This document shows, piece by piece, positions 1 through 11,608 of a stretch of 64,000 nt of DNA. Position numbers and translations under genes: made by a program. The notes under the pieces are model-generated. The model had not been told where the DNA came from. It searched no databases and saw nothing but the letters and a program-made list of their open reading frames with translations. Source of the DNA: Chara braunii (Eukaryota; Plantae; Charophyceae); NCBI GenBank assembly GCA_003427395.1, contig BFEA01000019.1, positions 5,389,619 to 5,453,618 of the forward strand, written 5' to 3'. The first letter of the stretch is position 1; the number at the start of each line of letters is the position of its first letter.

Positions 1-1771
1 TTTCGTTTAAGTTGTCTACAAGCTTTATTGCTTTGTGTTATTCACATCAAAGTTTTGTTAAATAACATTCGAACTCATGGCAACGGGTCTAGGGTTAAAT
101 CAATAGGTGTGCAAGGTGAAAGCTTTGACAAATATTTTTTTCGTATTGTTTGTCAACACCTTCGAATTCATGTCCACACTTCGATATTGTTTGAAATATT
201 ATGAGGAATTGTTTAAAGTGATCATAAATTGGTCAAAATATGTGTATTTTCTTATTGAATAATACTCACCAACAATTAAATAGGGAATGAAGATGGACCA
301 TCAAAATTAATTAGAAATATTCTTAGGGTTGCGAATGATTTTATTTTCAAATGCACTTCATCAAAAGGAAATATTGCAGACTGAAGTGATGCAAATAATT
401 TTATTTTAAGAGCGGGATACACATCTCTTCTTGTTCAGTCGCACCTTAGTTATCAATGTTATTTTGTTTGTCATATTGCCTTTACCGGCAATGTTATGCC
501 GATTATGAAGAAAACTGAACCATAGTAAAAAGAAGTACAACATGATTTATTCAATTTTTTTTGCTGAAAAGGATGAAGCGGTGATGTGAAAGGTTGCATG
601 AAATCTGATATGTACCCCCATGTAGGAAGGAAAGTTCAAGATAGTAAACCGAGGAAAAAACTCAAACAATAGTGAAAAGAAAGACAAAAAGATTTATTCA
701 GCATCCTTTTGTTGAAGAGAGGTTACGTGAAAGTTTGTATGAAATTTGATATGTACCCCCAGGTCGGAAGAAAAGTTGAGGATGGTAGACCTAGGGAGGA
801 GAAATATGGTCATATTAGCCAAGTGGATAGTTTGTGTAATTTGTACCGAGAATTATAAACATTGGATTGCGATTGCAGAATATATTATTTGTAAGAAGCG
901 GCAACCGAGTCGCCCCTTAGATGTCGGGGCTTGTATATAAATTAAATTTTATCTCAAAATATTACTCAAATTGAAGGTTTGGACTACAGTGCTTCGGGAC
1001 TGGAAAAAGGGTGGAACATGATTTGCAGACTGAACCAAAAACAAAAAAAATAAGTGTTTTCTCATATTATTTATGAGAACCTAGGCATTAGACATTCAAG
1101 AGGCTTTGAAGATCGTCGGTTAAATGTGAGGTGATCAAGCTTTGGAATAACCTTACTGGGACATGATACTTCAATTAAGCATATATATGCAAACCGTAAA
1201 TGGGCTAGGTCAAACCCTAGAGTGTCTACCTGGTGCAAGTGAAACACATTGGTTACTTCTCTTTGGCTACGAAACCTAAAGAAGGTCTTAAAGCATAAGT
1301 ACACAACCCCAGTCTTGCATAAACATAAACTTGTCGACACAAGGAAAATTTGAGGTTCGGCAAAACCTCGGAAGTGCAATGGGTAAGAAAGTCATTAGGC
1401 CTAAGGAAATGGGCTTCGGGATATTTTGTTGGTTCATTTTGTGCATGTGAAAACAAATGCACAGCTACAAAATACCTCTAAAAAAAAAAACGCAAAAAAA
1501 TAAGAGGAAAGAAAGAGACATAGTGTTTGCTTGCTATTATCAAAGTCGGCCTTTCACGACAGAGCCGGAGGAAAAAACATCAGTCGAGGAGATGATACGA
1601 GCATAGGAGAGAAGAGGAAAAAAACACATACTCACATTACAAAGTTGTGGAGGTGATTGGAGAAAAAATTGTCGAGGTCTAACCAAATTTGCTTTAACTG
1701 CAATTGAAGTCTGATTTGGACAAATCTGGCTGCAATCGCCTCCAGAGATTTGAAATTGAAGGTTTTGTTCA

Positions 1772-2151
1772 GAGCATACCTTCAGATACTCGTCGAAAAG
1801 ATAAAAAACATATATATTCGGGTGGTTGTTTTTTTTTTGCCCTCCCTGAGATTCGTAATTTTACGAACATTTTTTCCTTTCTAGTTGAGGCCCTACTCAT
1901 ACTACAAATTCGTAGACTTGATTGCAGTCAAATTCGCCCAGGTCTGGCCACATTAACATTCATGTGTAAGCTGGGCCAGACCTCTACGAATCTGACTGCA
2001 ATCAAGTCTACGAATTTGTAGTATGAGTAGGGCCTCAACTAGAAAGGAAAAAATGTTCGTAAAATTACGAATCTCGGGGAGGGCAAAAAAAAAAAAAAAC
2101 CCCGAATATATATGTTTTTTATCTTTTCGACGAGTAGCTGAAGGTATGCTC
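1772..2151. mobile_element. Fold-back MITE, PIF/Harbinger (Tourist)-like, 380 bp
   Basis: Near-perfect inverted arms of ~180 bp (GAGCATACCTTCAG... / ...CTGAAGGTATGCTC) around a short spacer. The 3-bp duplication TCA sits at 1769-1771 and 2152-2154. Confidence 0.8.
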
Positions 2152-3151
2152 TCATGTGTGTTTTCCTGCCCACCTCTCAGAACACTCCTCGACCTTTTTT
2201 TCCTTTGAGATTTCCCTCTTTATTATTTGTCATCTCATTGTTGTTGTTGTTTGTTTTTTCGGGGGGGCGGAGGGGGAGGATGCGGTATCTTGTATTTTTG
2301 ACTTATGTCACTAGGTTGTCTTTTTTTGTTCTTTTATTTTTTTATTCTACCTATATCAAACACTCCAGGTGGGCGACATGCAAGGGTTTATAAATTGCTA
2401 GTCTCAGTCAAAAATGGCCAGTGAGTAAAAGCGACGGCCTCCTCGTGTTCCATTTGCTAGCCCAAAGTCAAGCACTCAATGGAAGACAGGTCAACACAGA
2501 TACGATATTCAATTTTAAAGTGTTAGTACTGTTGATCTGTAGGCTTGGGAAAACTCAAATTTAGACGGTTCGTACATTTAGCCTCGGATGTACTGGTGGT
2601 TTAAGGGTAAATGCAAGCTCATGCATACATGATTTTTAAAAATATTTAAATTCAAATTTATATATATACCCTCAAATTATTACAAAAACCATAAATATTT
2701 AAAATAATATTTTCAATTTTTTTACGGAATGTGTCGCCCCTATGGTATCGCCTTGGAAATTGTGTAACCCAACCAACAGTCTAAAGTCAGGCAGGCAATA
2801 TAGCCATAGACCATGAAGATATAACTGGGACAAACAGCAAACCCATATAAAAAAATAGTCTTACACTTAACAAAGTAAGATACGAGATAGGTGGAAGAAG
2901 ATAAATTAGCAATAAGCACGACAATTCTCATGAATCCGAGTATAATAGGTTAAAATATATAAACTGAAAACACCACTCATCATGATATTTGGCCTCATGC
3001 AGAGAGTACCGACATTAACCCAACCAGCCAGTTGGTCTTTCAAAAGTGAAGCCTGTAATGAATTTTCGTTTCTTAAAATAAAAAATAAAATAAAAAATTA
3101 TAAAGGACAAAAACACTTGTAAAATAAATAAGAGCAACAAAATTACCAGAA

Positions 3152-5358
3152 TTGAATTGAGAATGGTTCATAAGTGATGCAAACACACAAGGTGAAAAGC
3201 ACACACAAGAGTGTGAAGCAAAACACAGTGCATTACATGCATAGTCACTTTCGTGACACGTAGACATAAATCAGAGTAACCTTGGTTTCCACGTTCAAAC
3301 CGTGAAACCCAAGATCCGCCGCAAACCACATTCCACCCACAGCTACGTTCCGTCGTCGTCATGGTCGGAGTCGACTGTGGGAACCAAGAGGCTGAACTAA
3401 TCCTAGCCTACGTATATGTAGTCTAACTCGTCCAAAAGTACGACGGGTCAAACCGCCTCTAACGAGGTCAGGGGACCAAGGTAGACTCACTCAAAACTTC
3501 TACTGGTCCATTTCAGGTTGGCTATTGCCCGTACCTGTAGGGTACCGCTTGCAGATCTAAGGAAAATTCTAGACGCCAAGCTAAGCCAAAAAAGAAAAAG
3601 TACTCAACCACAATTAATAGCCGGGTCCAGTATACCCTCGGTAGAATCCGAAAAGGCTCATCTATACGTAGTTCGAAACCATCACCACACATATTCAACA
3701 AAAACAAAAACAAAGGTACAAAAGATTTAACCGGGTCCAGTATGCTCCCTGAAAAAACTCAGAAAAACAGGCTTATAGATACACAATTCGAAACCATTGC
3801 TCCACTCACATGAGAATACCCTGTTCGAATCCTAACTCGAGCTAAAACTACAAGAGAAAGACAGACTCACTTAGGCCCCTGTTCACGTCCTTGTCCTACC
3901 TTTCATCACAAACGAATTCGATTGTGCGTCTCCATAACCCATCCCGTTTGCCCCCGAATCTGTGAAAGACCATATTCACGAATTTAACTGGGAAATCTTT
4001 CTTCACCAACTCCTGTTGCAGACCCAACACCCGTCCTGGTATCTCTGACCGGATGGAGGTGTTCTGATTGATGCGGTACAAATGACTGTCGATTACCGCG
4101 CTGTTCTTCTTCTTACTACCCCAGGAATGAAAGGACTGACCGTTTTTAATCTTCAAATTCCCCTGGGTCCAGATGCTACTCTCGTTTCGTGACAACTGCA
4201 GACAACCAACATATGGGTAGGACTGCTGAGTGCGAATCTGACAACCCAGAAACTCCAGGGTATCGGTCCCATTGTCAGTTCTTTTCAGAACCAAACCTGC
4301 AGGGTAACAGTCAGACAAAGCATCAAAGATTAGTGTCCTGGTCTCTTCGTCATGGCTAGATATGACCAACATCACATCATCTATCAGCCGTAAGGCCCCG
4401 AAGAAACGGCAAGCTCGTCCGAGAGTGCATGTAAGTTGATACTCAGATCGTACCCACCTCTCTCTTCCTCTCGTCGATCTGGTCCCGACATTTCGTAATC
4501 AATCTTCACCAACTGCTCGTCGTACTAAAGTTAGTCACCAGATTTGGAAAACACGCTCACTAGAACTCGGTATGCTTCCCCAGGCAAGTTTATGTGCGCT
4601 GTAAGTGAATTGAGAATGGTTCATGAGTGATGCAAACACACAAGGTGAAAAACACACACAAGAGTGTGAAGCAAGACACAGTGCATTACACGCATAGTCA
4701 CTTTCGTGACACGTAGACATGAATCAGAGTAACCTTGGTTTCCACGTTCAAATCGTTAAACCCAAGATCTGCCGCAAACCACATTCCACCCACAGCGACG
4801 TTCCGCCGTCGTCACCGTCGGAGTCGACTGTGGGAACCAAGAGGCTGAATTAATCCTAGCCTACGTATATGTAGTCTAACTCGTCCAAAAGTACGACGGG
4901 TCAAACCGCCTCCAACGAGGTCTGGGGACCAAGGTAGACTCACTCAAACCTTCTACTGGTCCAGTTCAGGCTGGCTACTGACCGTACCTGTAGGGTACCG
5001 CTTGCAGACCTAAGGAAAATTTTAGACGCCAAGCTAAGCCAAAAAAGAAAAAGTACCCAACCACAATTAATAGCCGGGTCCAGTGTACCCCCGGTAGAAT
5101 CCGAAAAGGCTCATCTATACATCGTTTGAAACCATCACCACACATATTCAACAAAAACAAAAACAAAAGTACAAAAGATTTAACCGGGTCCAGTATGCTT
5201 CCTTAATAAACTCAGAAAAACAGGCTCATAGATACACAATTCAAAACCATCTCTCCACTCACTTAAGAATACCCTGTTCGAATCCTAACTCGAGCTGAAA
5301 CCACAAGAGAAAGACAAGCTCACTCAGACCCCTGTTCACGACCCTGTTCGAATCCCAT
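3152..5358 (-). mobile_element. Penelope-like retroelement, 5'-truncated, with tandem pseudo-LTR direct repeats
   Basis: Direct repeats of ~740 bp at ~3153-3890 and ~4607-5341 flank an RT fragment. A 13-bp TSD AAAATTACCAGAA lies at 3139-3151 and 5359-5371. There are no TG...CA ends, PBS or PPT. Confidence 0.75.
3896..4450 (-). pseudogene. C-terminal fragment of PLE-type reverse transcriptase (palm and thumb)
   Basis: Translation SEYQLTCTLGRACRFFGALRLIDDVML...YPAGLVLKRT...LEFLGCQI shows the catalytic xxDD motif, YP.xL.L and the FLG motif. It ends at a stop at 3896. The upstream part is disrupted by stops or a deletion. Confidence 0.75.
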
Positions 5359-5547
5359 AAAATTACCAGAACCAATAAAAATTTTAAAATAAAAAACTGA
5401 AAATATTACAACACTTATGCAGAGCCTTGCGACACCGACTTAGTACAAACTTGAAAGAGATCATACTTCCCTCTCTTTGTCTCTATCCGTTTGTCTTTCT
5501 TCATCAGTCAGTGTATCTCTCTATCTGTTTGTCCATCTTTTTATATG

Positions 5548-5551
<4 letters not shown>

Positions 5552-5613
<62 letters not shown>

Positions 5614-6382
5614 NNNNNNNNNNNNNNNNNNNNNNNNNNNNNNNNNNNNNNNNNNNNNNNNNNNNNNNNNNNNNNNNNNNNNNNNNNNNNNNNNNNNNNN
5701 NNNNNNNNNNNNNNNNNNNNNNNNNNNNNNNNNNNNNNNNNNNNNNNNNNNNNNNNNNNNNNNNNNNNNNNNNNNNNNNNNNNNNNNNNNNNNNNNNNNN
5801 NNNNNNNNNNNNNNNNNNNNNNNNNNNNNNNNNNNNNNNNNNNNNNNNNNNNNNNNNNNNNNNNNNNNNNNNNNNNNNNNNNNNNNNNNNNNNNNNNNNN
5901 NNNNNNNNNNNNNNNNNNNNNNNNNNNNNNNNNNNNNNNNNNNNNNNNNNNNNNNNNNNNNNNNNNNNNNNNNNNNNNNNNNNNNNNNNNNNNNNNNNNN
6001 NNNNNNNNNNNNNNNNNNNNNNNNNNNNNNNNNNNNNNNNNNNNNNNNNNNNNNNNNNNNNNNNNNNNNNNNNNNNNNNNNNNNNNNNNNNNNNNNNNNN
6101 NNNNNNNNNNNNNNNNNNNNNNNNNNNNNNNNNNNNNNNNNNNNNNNNNNNNNNNNNNNNNNNNNNNNNNNNNNNNNNNNNNNNNNNNNNNNNNNNNNNN
6201 NNNNNNNNNNNNNNNNNNNNNNNNNNNNNNNNNNNNNNNNNNNNNNNNNNNNNNNNNNNNNNNNNNNNNNNNNNNNNNNNNNNNNNNNNNNNNNNNNNNN
6301 NNNNNNNNNNNNNNNNNNNNNNNNNNNNNNNNNNNNNNNNNNNNNNNNNNNNNNNNNNNGAGAGGGACAGAGAGAGAGAGAC
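5552..6382. other. Scaffold gap (N 5614-6359) flanked by (CT)n/(AG)n microsatellites
   Basis: Run of N bordered by dinucleotide repeats. Confidence 0.95.
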
Positions 6383-7420
6383 ATAGACAGACAAACGAAG
6401 ACGACGAAGGGAGGAGGAGGAGAAAAACAGAAGACGATGAAAGGAGGAGGAGGAGGAGGAGATGAAGATGACGAAAGGAGAAGTAGAAGAGAAAAAGATA
6501 CGAAGAGAATAGGAAAATGAGAAAGAAGTAGAAAAAGAAGAAGCGGAGGAAGAAAAAATAATAAAATAAAAAAATGAAGGGAGGAAATAAAAGAAGGGGG
6601 CAAGAAGAAAAAGAAGAAGAAGGAGAAGAAGAGAAGGAGATGAAGAAGAAGAAGAAGATAAAAAAAAAACAAAGAAAATAAAATGTAATGCTTGCTGACG
6701 TGGCAGTCGCGTGAAAACGACGAAACTTGGGGACGAGGAGGAGATGGAGGAGGATGAGGAGAGGAGAAGAGATGAAGAAGAAGAAGAAAAAGAAGAAGAA
6801 GAAGGGGAAAAAAAATAAAGAAGAGAACAAGAAAAAAAAAAAGGAAAAATATATTTAAAGTATAATTTTTCTTTTTTTTTTAACGAAAAAAAAAGTCGCG
6901 CATGCTGACCTGACAGCCACGCGACAATGACAGAACTCAAGGAGGAGGAGACAGAGGAGGAGGAGTTGGAGAGGAAAACAACCAAAGGAGGAGGACATAA
7001 TAAGAAGAAGAAGAAAATCCGAAAAGGAGGAAAAAACCGATTAAAAAAAAAATGGGAAAAAAAAATATCGCGCGTGCTGACGCGGCAGCCACGCAACACG
7101 ATAGAACTTGGGGAGAAGGGGGAGATGGAGGAGGAGGGAGAGGAGCCTAGTTGTGGGAGGAGAAGAGAATAACAAGACGACAAAAAAAGAAGGAGATGGA
7201 GAAGGAGGAAAGAGGAGAAGAAGGAAAAAAAAAAGAAAAATAATAAAAAGAAGAAGAGGAGGAGAAGAAGAAGAAAAAAATATGACGACGACGATGATGA
7301 AGAAGAAGAAGAAGATTAAAAAAAAAAAAAAAAAGTCGCTTATGCTGACGTGGTAGATACGCAATGACGACCGAACTTGACGAGGAGGACATGGAGGAGG
7401 CGGAGGAGGACGAGGAGGTG
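6383..7420. repeat. Purine-rich low-complexity degenerate tandem repeat
   Basis: The core GCTGACGTGGCAG...GAACTTG...GAGGAGG recurs at ~6693, 6904, 7076 and 7344, separated by GAA/GGA tracts. Confidence 0.7.
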
Positions 7421-7431
7421 TCTTACCTAAG

Positions 7432-7777
7432 AGCTATGGGCGTCGAACGTGGCAACAAATGAAGTGCGGGGCCATGCGTGGGAAGGACTGAACGGTTTCG
7501 AATTCGAAAGTGACCCTTCCTCGCCCCCGCCTCAAAGTGGATAGAACTCCCACATCCGGCCCGACTGCAGATACAACCACTGACGCTCCCCGAGGTCCCT
7601 CTAAAACCCCGCCGACGACCAATACCAGCCCAGGCGAACCCCGTTCGCCGGCCTCGAAAACACGTTCATGAACGTTCATGAGAACGTGTTTTCGACCCGT
7701 TCGCACGAACGGGAGAACGTGTCTGCACGAACGGGAAGGGTGGCGAACACGTTCGTCGTGCTACGTATACCATAGCC
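7432..7777. mobile_element. Possible degenerate MITE
   Basis: Short inverted ends GCTATGG...CCATAGC with internal GAACGTG(TTC) repeats. No clear TSD. Confidence 0.3.
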
Positions 7778-8589
7778 AATAAAAATAAAAATAAAAAATT
7801 GAACAACTCAAGATGTTACAACATTGATAAAGAACGTTGTGAAATCGACTTAGTACCAAGTGAACAAAAATCATACTTCTCTTTCTCTGTCTCTGTTTGT
7901 TTGTCTTTCCTTATCTATAAGTATATTTTGTTGTTTCTCTGTCTATCTCTTTGCCTGTGTCTGACTCAATTTTTTTTCTTTTTCTATATATGTTATATGT
8001 ATATTTATCTATCTTTATCATTTTATTTTATTTTTTCGTCACTCCCATTATAATTTTATGCAATAAGACCAGTTGTCATACGAAGTCAATCAACAATTGG
8101 TAAAAACGACTTATACTACACAAAAAATAGTTAACAATGCACGTGACAATCGTACTAAAATGTATGTTGCATATTAGTGAACCAACATAAAGATATAATA
8201 GATAAAGCAGCAAAGGAGGAAAAAAAACTTCAAGGCAATGCAGCAACGGTATCTGTATATGCAACGCAAATAAGAAAGGTAAACTTTCTCTCACACTTCT
8301 CGTAAGACTCACAGCATAATCTCGCCACTACCTCACTAAACTTCAACAACATAAATGTCCAATATGACCACCCCTCCTCTTCAAGTAAAGCTTGCCTAGT
8401 GTCCTTCTCACAGTATGGTGCTAGTAGCTTGTTATTGTAGCATTGCGTGCAAGATCTTGACTACGTGTAAAATAAAAGGCATAATGATTTGCCTTGCCTG
8501 ATTAAACATTCAACAACGAAAAATGGATTAAGAATTTTGAACCAACACAAGAGGAAAAAAAAAAAAAAAAAAACGTAAAGGTAGAACAA

Positions 8590-9320
8590 CTAAGAAAATC
8601 CTTAGATGTCAAAGTGCAAAAAATGACTAAGAAAAATCTTAAAATCTTGCGGTGCAATATTGGTAATAAAATCACTAAGACAAGTGCAAATGTAACTTTG
8701 AGAAACGATTACGTTAAATCTTGAAATCCCGAAGTGCGATTTTTGTGATAAAGATTCAAACGCTTGTGAGTTTATGACTTCAAAAAATTGTTAAGTAAAA
8801 TCATTAAATAATAAAGTACAATTTTGATTATGAAATCTTGAACACACGTGTGGATATAGCTTCGATAATAGTTAAGTAGAATCATGAAATTCGAATCATC
8901 AAATCTTGAAGTACAATTTTTAAAATCCCGAAGTGCGACTTTTGTAACGAAATTCATAAGGAACGTGGGATTACACTAATAAAATCCCGAAGAGCAATTT
9001 TGGTAAAGAAATCACGAACGTACGTGAGGATATAATTTCGAAAAACGACTATATTAAATTTCGAAATTTCGAAGTGCGATTCTCAAAATCCTAACATGCG
9101 ATTTCGGTAACGAAATATGAAATCACGAACGTACGTGAGGATATAATTTCGAAAAACGACTACATAAACTTTCGAAATTTCGAAGTGCGATTCTCAAAAT
9201 CCTAACATGCGATTTCGGTAATGAAATCTCGAATAAACGTTCGATTTCGGTAAAAGAATCCCGAAGTGCGACTTCAGTAACGAACGTTGAATTCATGAAC
9301 GAATATAAATTCAAAAATCA
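8590..9320. repeat. Degenerate minisatellite (CGAAGTGCGAT core) including a ~111-bp tandem duplication
   Basis: Repeated CCCGAAGTGCGA(C/T)T units. Segment 9011-9121 is nearly identical to 9122-9232. Confidence 0.75.
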
Positions 9321-10145
9321 CTAAGTTATGACTTCAACGTAAACTTGACAGATTTGCTCATCACTTGAATTGACATTTCGGGTTTCAAAAATACAAATTC
9401 ACAAACATGGATTCCATCTTCATCGACGTGAAGCACAAATTATGGTTTAAAATTCACAAATTCTTTAATGTTTCCTTTTACAAGTTTTGTTATCCAATTT
9501 GAAAAATTTTAAGGGTTCATTATCATAAGTGATCTTTTGTCGCTTAAAATAACGTGTGAAAAAATATTAAAATTAAAGTGTTCGTTGTGATATTTTCAAA
9601 ACAAAATTTAATATATTAAATATATATATATATTTTAGCCGTAAAATAAATCGCCACCATAATTTAACCCATATTCCATTTTTTTCATTTAACCTCTCTC
9701 CCTTTCTCACACACATTAACAGTTCCCCCCTCTGCCCTCTTGCTCCCTCTTTCTATTTTCTCACTTTTGTGTTTGTGCGCTTAACCTCTTCTGCTTTGAC
9801 TTATTGGGATAGATTCACAATTTACAACCCTAAGGTCAATGTGTAATGGGTGTGAACATCTGTGTTCTCAACACAAAGGTTCCACCGAAAGAGAACAATT
9901 AATCTCTCACCGTCTTCTCTCTCATTTTCACTCTCTCGTTTCTATTAAACTTTCAAAACCTTATGCCTACCCTTAGGGTTGCGTTTCCTGCACCCACGCC
10001 GTATACAATGCTACTAAAAAAAAAAAAAAAAAAGTTGGGTTCGACTCTGGTTGGGGGATTTTGCAATGGGCAGTGCTTTTTCAGACATGAGATTTATATA
10101 TTTGATAACTGTAAAAAAATGCGTCATTACAACTTGCCCCATTAA

Positions 10146-11025
10146 ACCACCACTACCCACGCCGTCATCAATTAGGGGGGACCGGTAACACAGGTCCATG
10201 AGGACTACCAGTAGCACAAGTCCATGAGGACTACCGGTAGCAAAGTGGGGGGAACTGGCGGAGCGGTAAAATTAAACAATGCGTTCAATTTCCCCCATAA
10301 TCTAGGCTATGAGTCGGGCTGCCCGGGTCACCCTATTTTCCCGGGCAGCCCAACCGTGCAAGGACCAAGGAAAGTCCCAGTAAAGAAAAAAAAAAAATCA
10401 AAACAAAAACTATGTTATGCAGAAAAATAAGTTGAACAACTTTTGCCTCAGAGTCACATCGAAATGTTTTACTAAATTTAAAATAAAAATTTAATTTACA
10501 AAATATTTTTTATTTATTTATTTATTTTTTGTCCGGCCAGGCAACTGGATCCGGGCCACTCTGGTAGCCTAGCCCGCAATTTATTTTGTTGTTAAAATAA
10601 TTTTATTTATTTTATTGTTATAAAGATTACGAGAAAATCTACGGACCCTCGAATTTTCAGAGTTGTTGAGTCATCCTTCTAAGTGCAAAAAAATCACAAA
10701 AGTTGGGGTACTTTTCCCGTTGACCCAGACGTGGTAGAGTGGCAAGAATAAAAAATGCAACGAAATGGCACGACATTTATTTCACGATTTTTTTTTTTTT
10801 TCTCATTTTGTTAATATTTTTCCTGGAAAGATCACAACCTGATCTACAAGATATTAAATTTATAGATTTTTTTGCTAATTCTTATGAGCGTGAAAAATCG
10901 TAAAAATTCGCACTTGAACATTTTTGAACCGGACCCGCCTGCGCAGGTCAGTCGCCTCCCGCCCTAAGAACCTGGTTCGTAAGGCCAAGAAAAATTAATT
11001 TAGATCGGCGGAGGGTAGTGGTGGT
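10146..11025. mobile_element. Non-autonomous TIR element with TTAA target duplication (TIR ACCACCACTACCC)
   Basis: TTAA|ACCACCACTACCCACGCCG ... CGGCGGAGGGTAGTGGTGGT|TTAA, with TTAA at 10142-10145 and 11026-11029. Confidence 0.75.
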
Positions 11026-11481
11026 TTAAGTCTACGTGTGTACGTTCGTGGTCTTTGGATAAGTATACTGGAGGATTTTTTGAACTGAGGGTAGAACCTC
11101 ACCACCATGTGAAAAAAATTCGGTCTTTGCCAAACGCGGTTGGTGGTATCCCACAGACATCCCCGAGGGTATAGTAGGCTTCGACGTTCGTGTCAAACTG
11201 TCACATTTTCGGCGTTAGACGACAAATGAACAACCATGTTTTTTTAAGGTAAAAATTGTCGAGGTACCGTTTGTTGTCGATTTTACGGAGGATCGACAAT
11301 TAATTTTTATAGAACCGGTACATTGTAGCAAAATCGGAGGATTGATCCTTCCTTCAATGTGATCCATAAAAGCGACACCGACAGTCTCGCAATTCGGAAG
11401 AGATAATTTTAACGATTTTTTATGTTTCGCAAAAAAAAATAAAAATTTGAGAATTTGTATATTAAATTCTTGTCTTTCTAG

Positions 11482-11569
11482 CAGGATTACCGGTGTTCGG
11501 GACGGGCCGAACGCCCGAACGTACGGGACCCCTTCGGAAGGCGTTCGACTGTTCGGGCCGAACGCAGAC

Positions 11570-11608
<39 letters not shown>

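Noticed and set aside
4680-4730. Group II intron domain V or canonical hammerhead
   Set aside because: A 5-bp stem with GAAA loop and 3' bulge is present, but there is no AGC/CGC triad, the lower stem is weak, and there is no CUGANGA core.
3153-5341. LTR retrotransposon or TRIM
   Set aside because: The repeats lack TG...CA ends, PBS and PPT. The TSD is 13 bp rather than 4-6 bp, and the RT motifs look PLE-like.
5427-7392. Long ORFs of 319-559 aa
   Set aside because: They are artefacts of the N gap, microsatellites and purine-rich low complexity.
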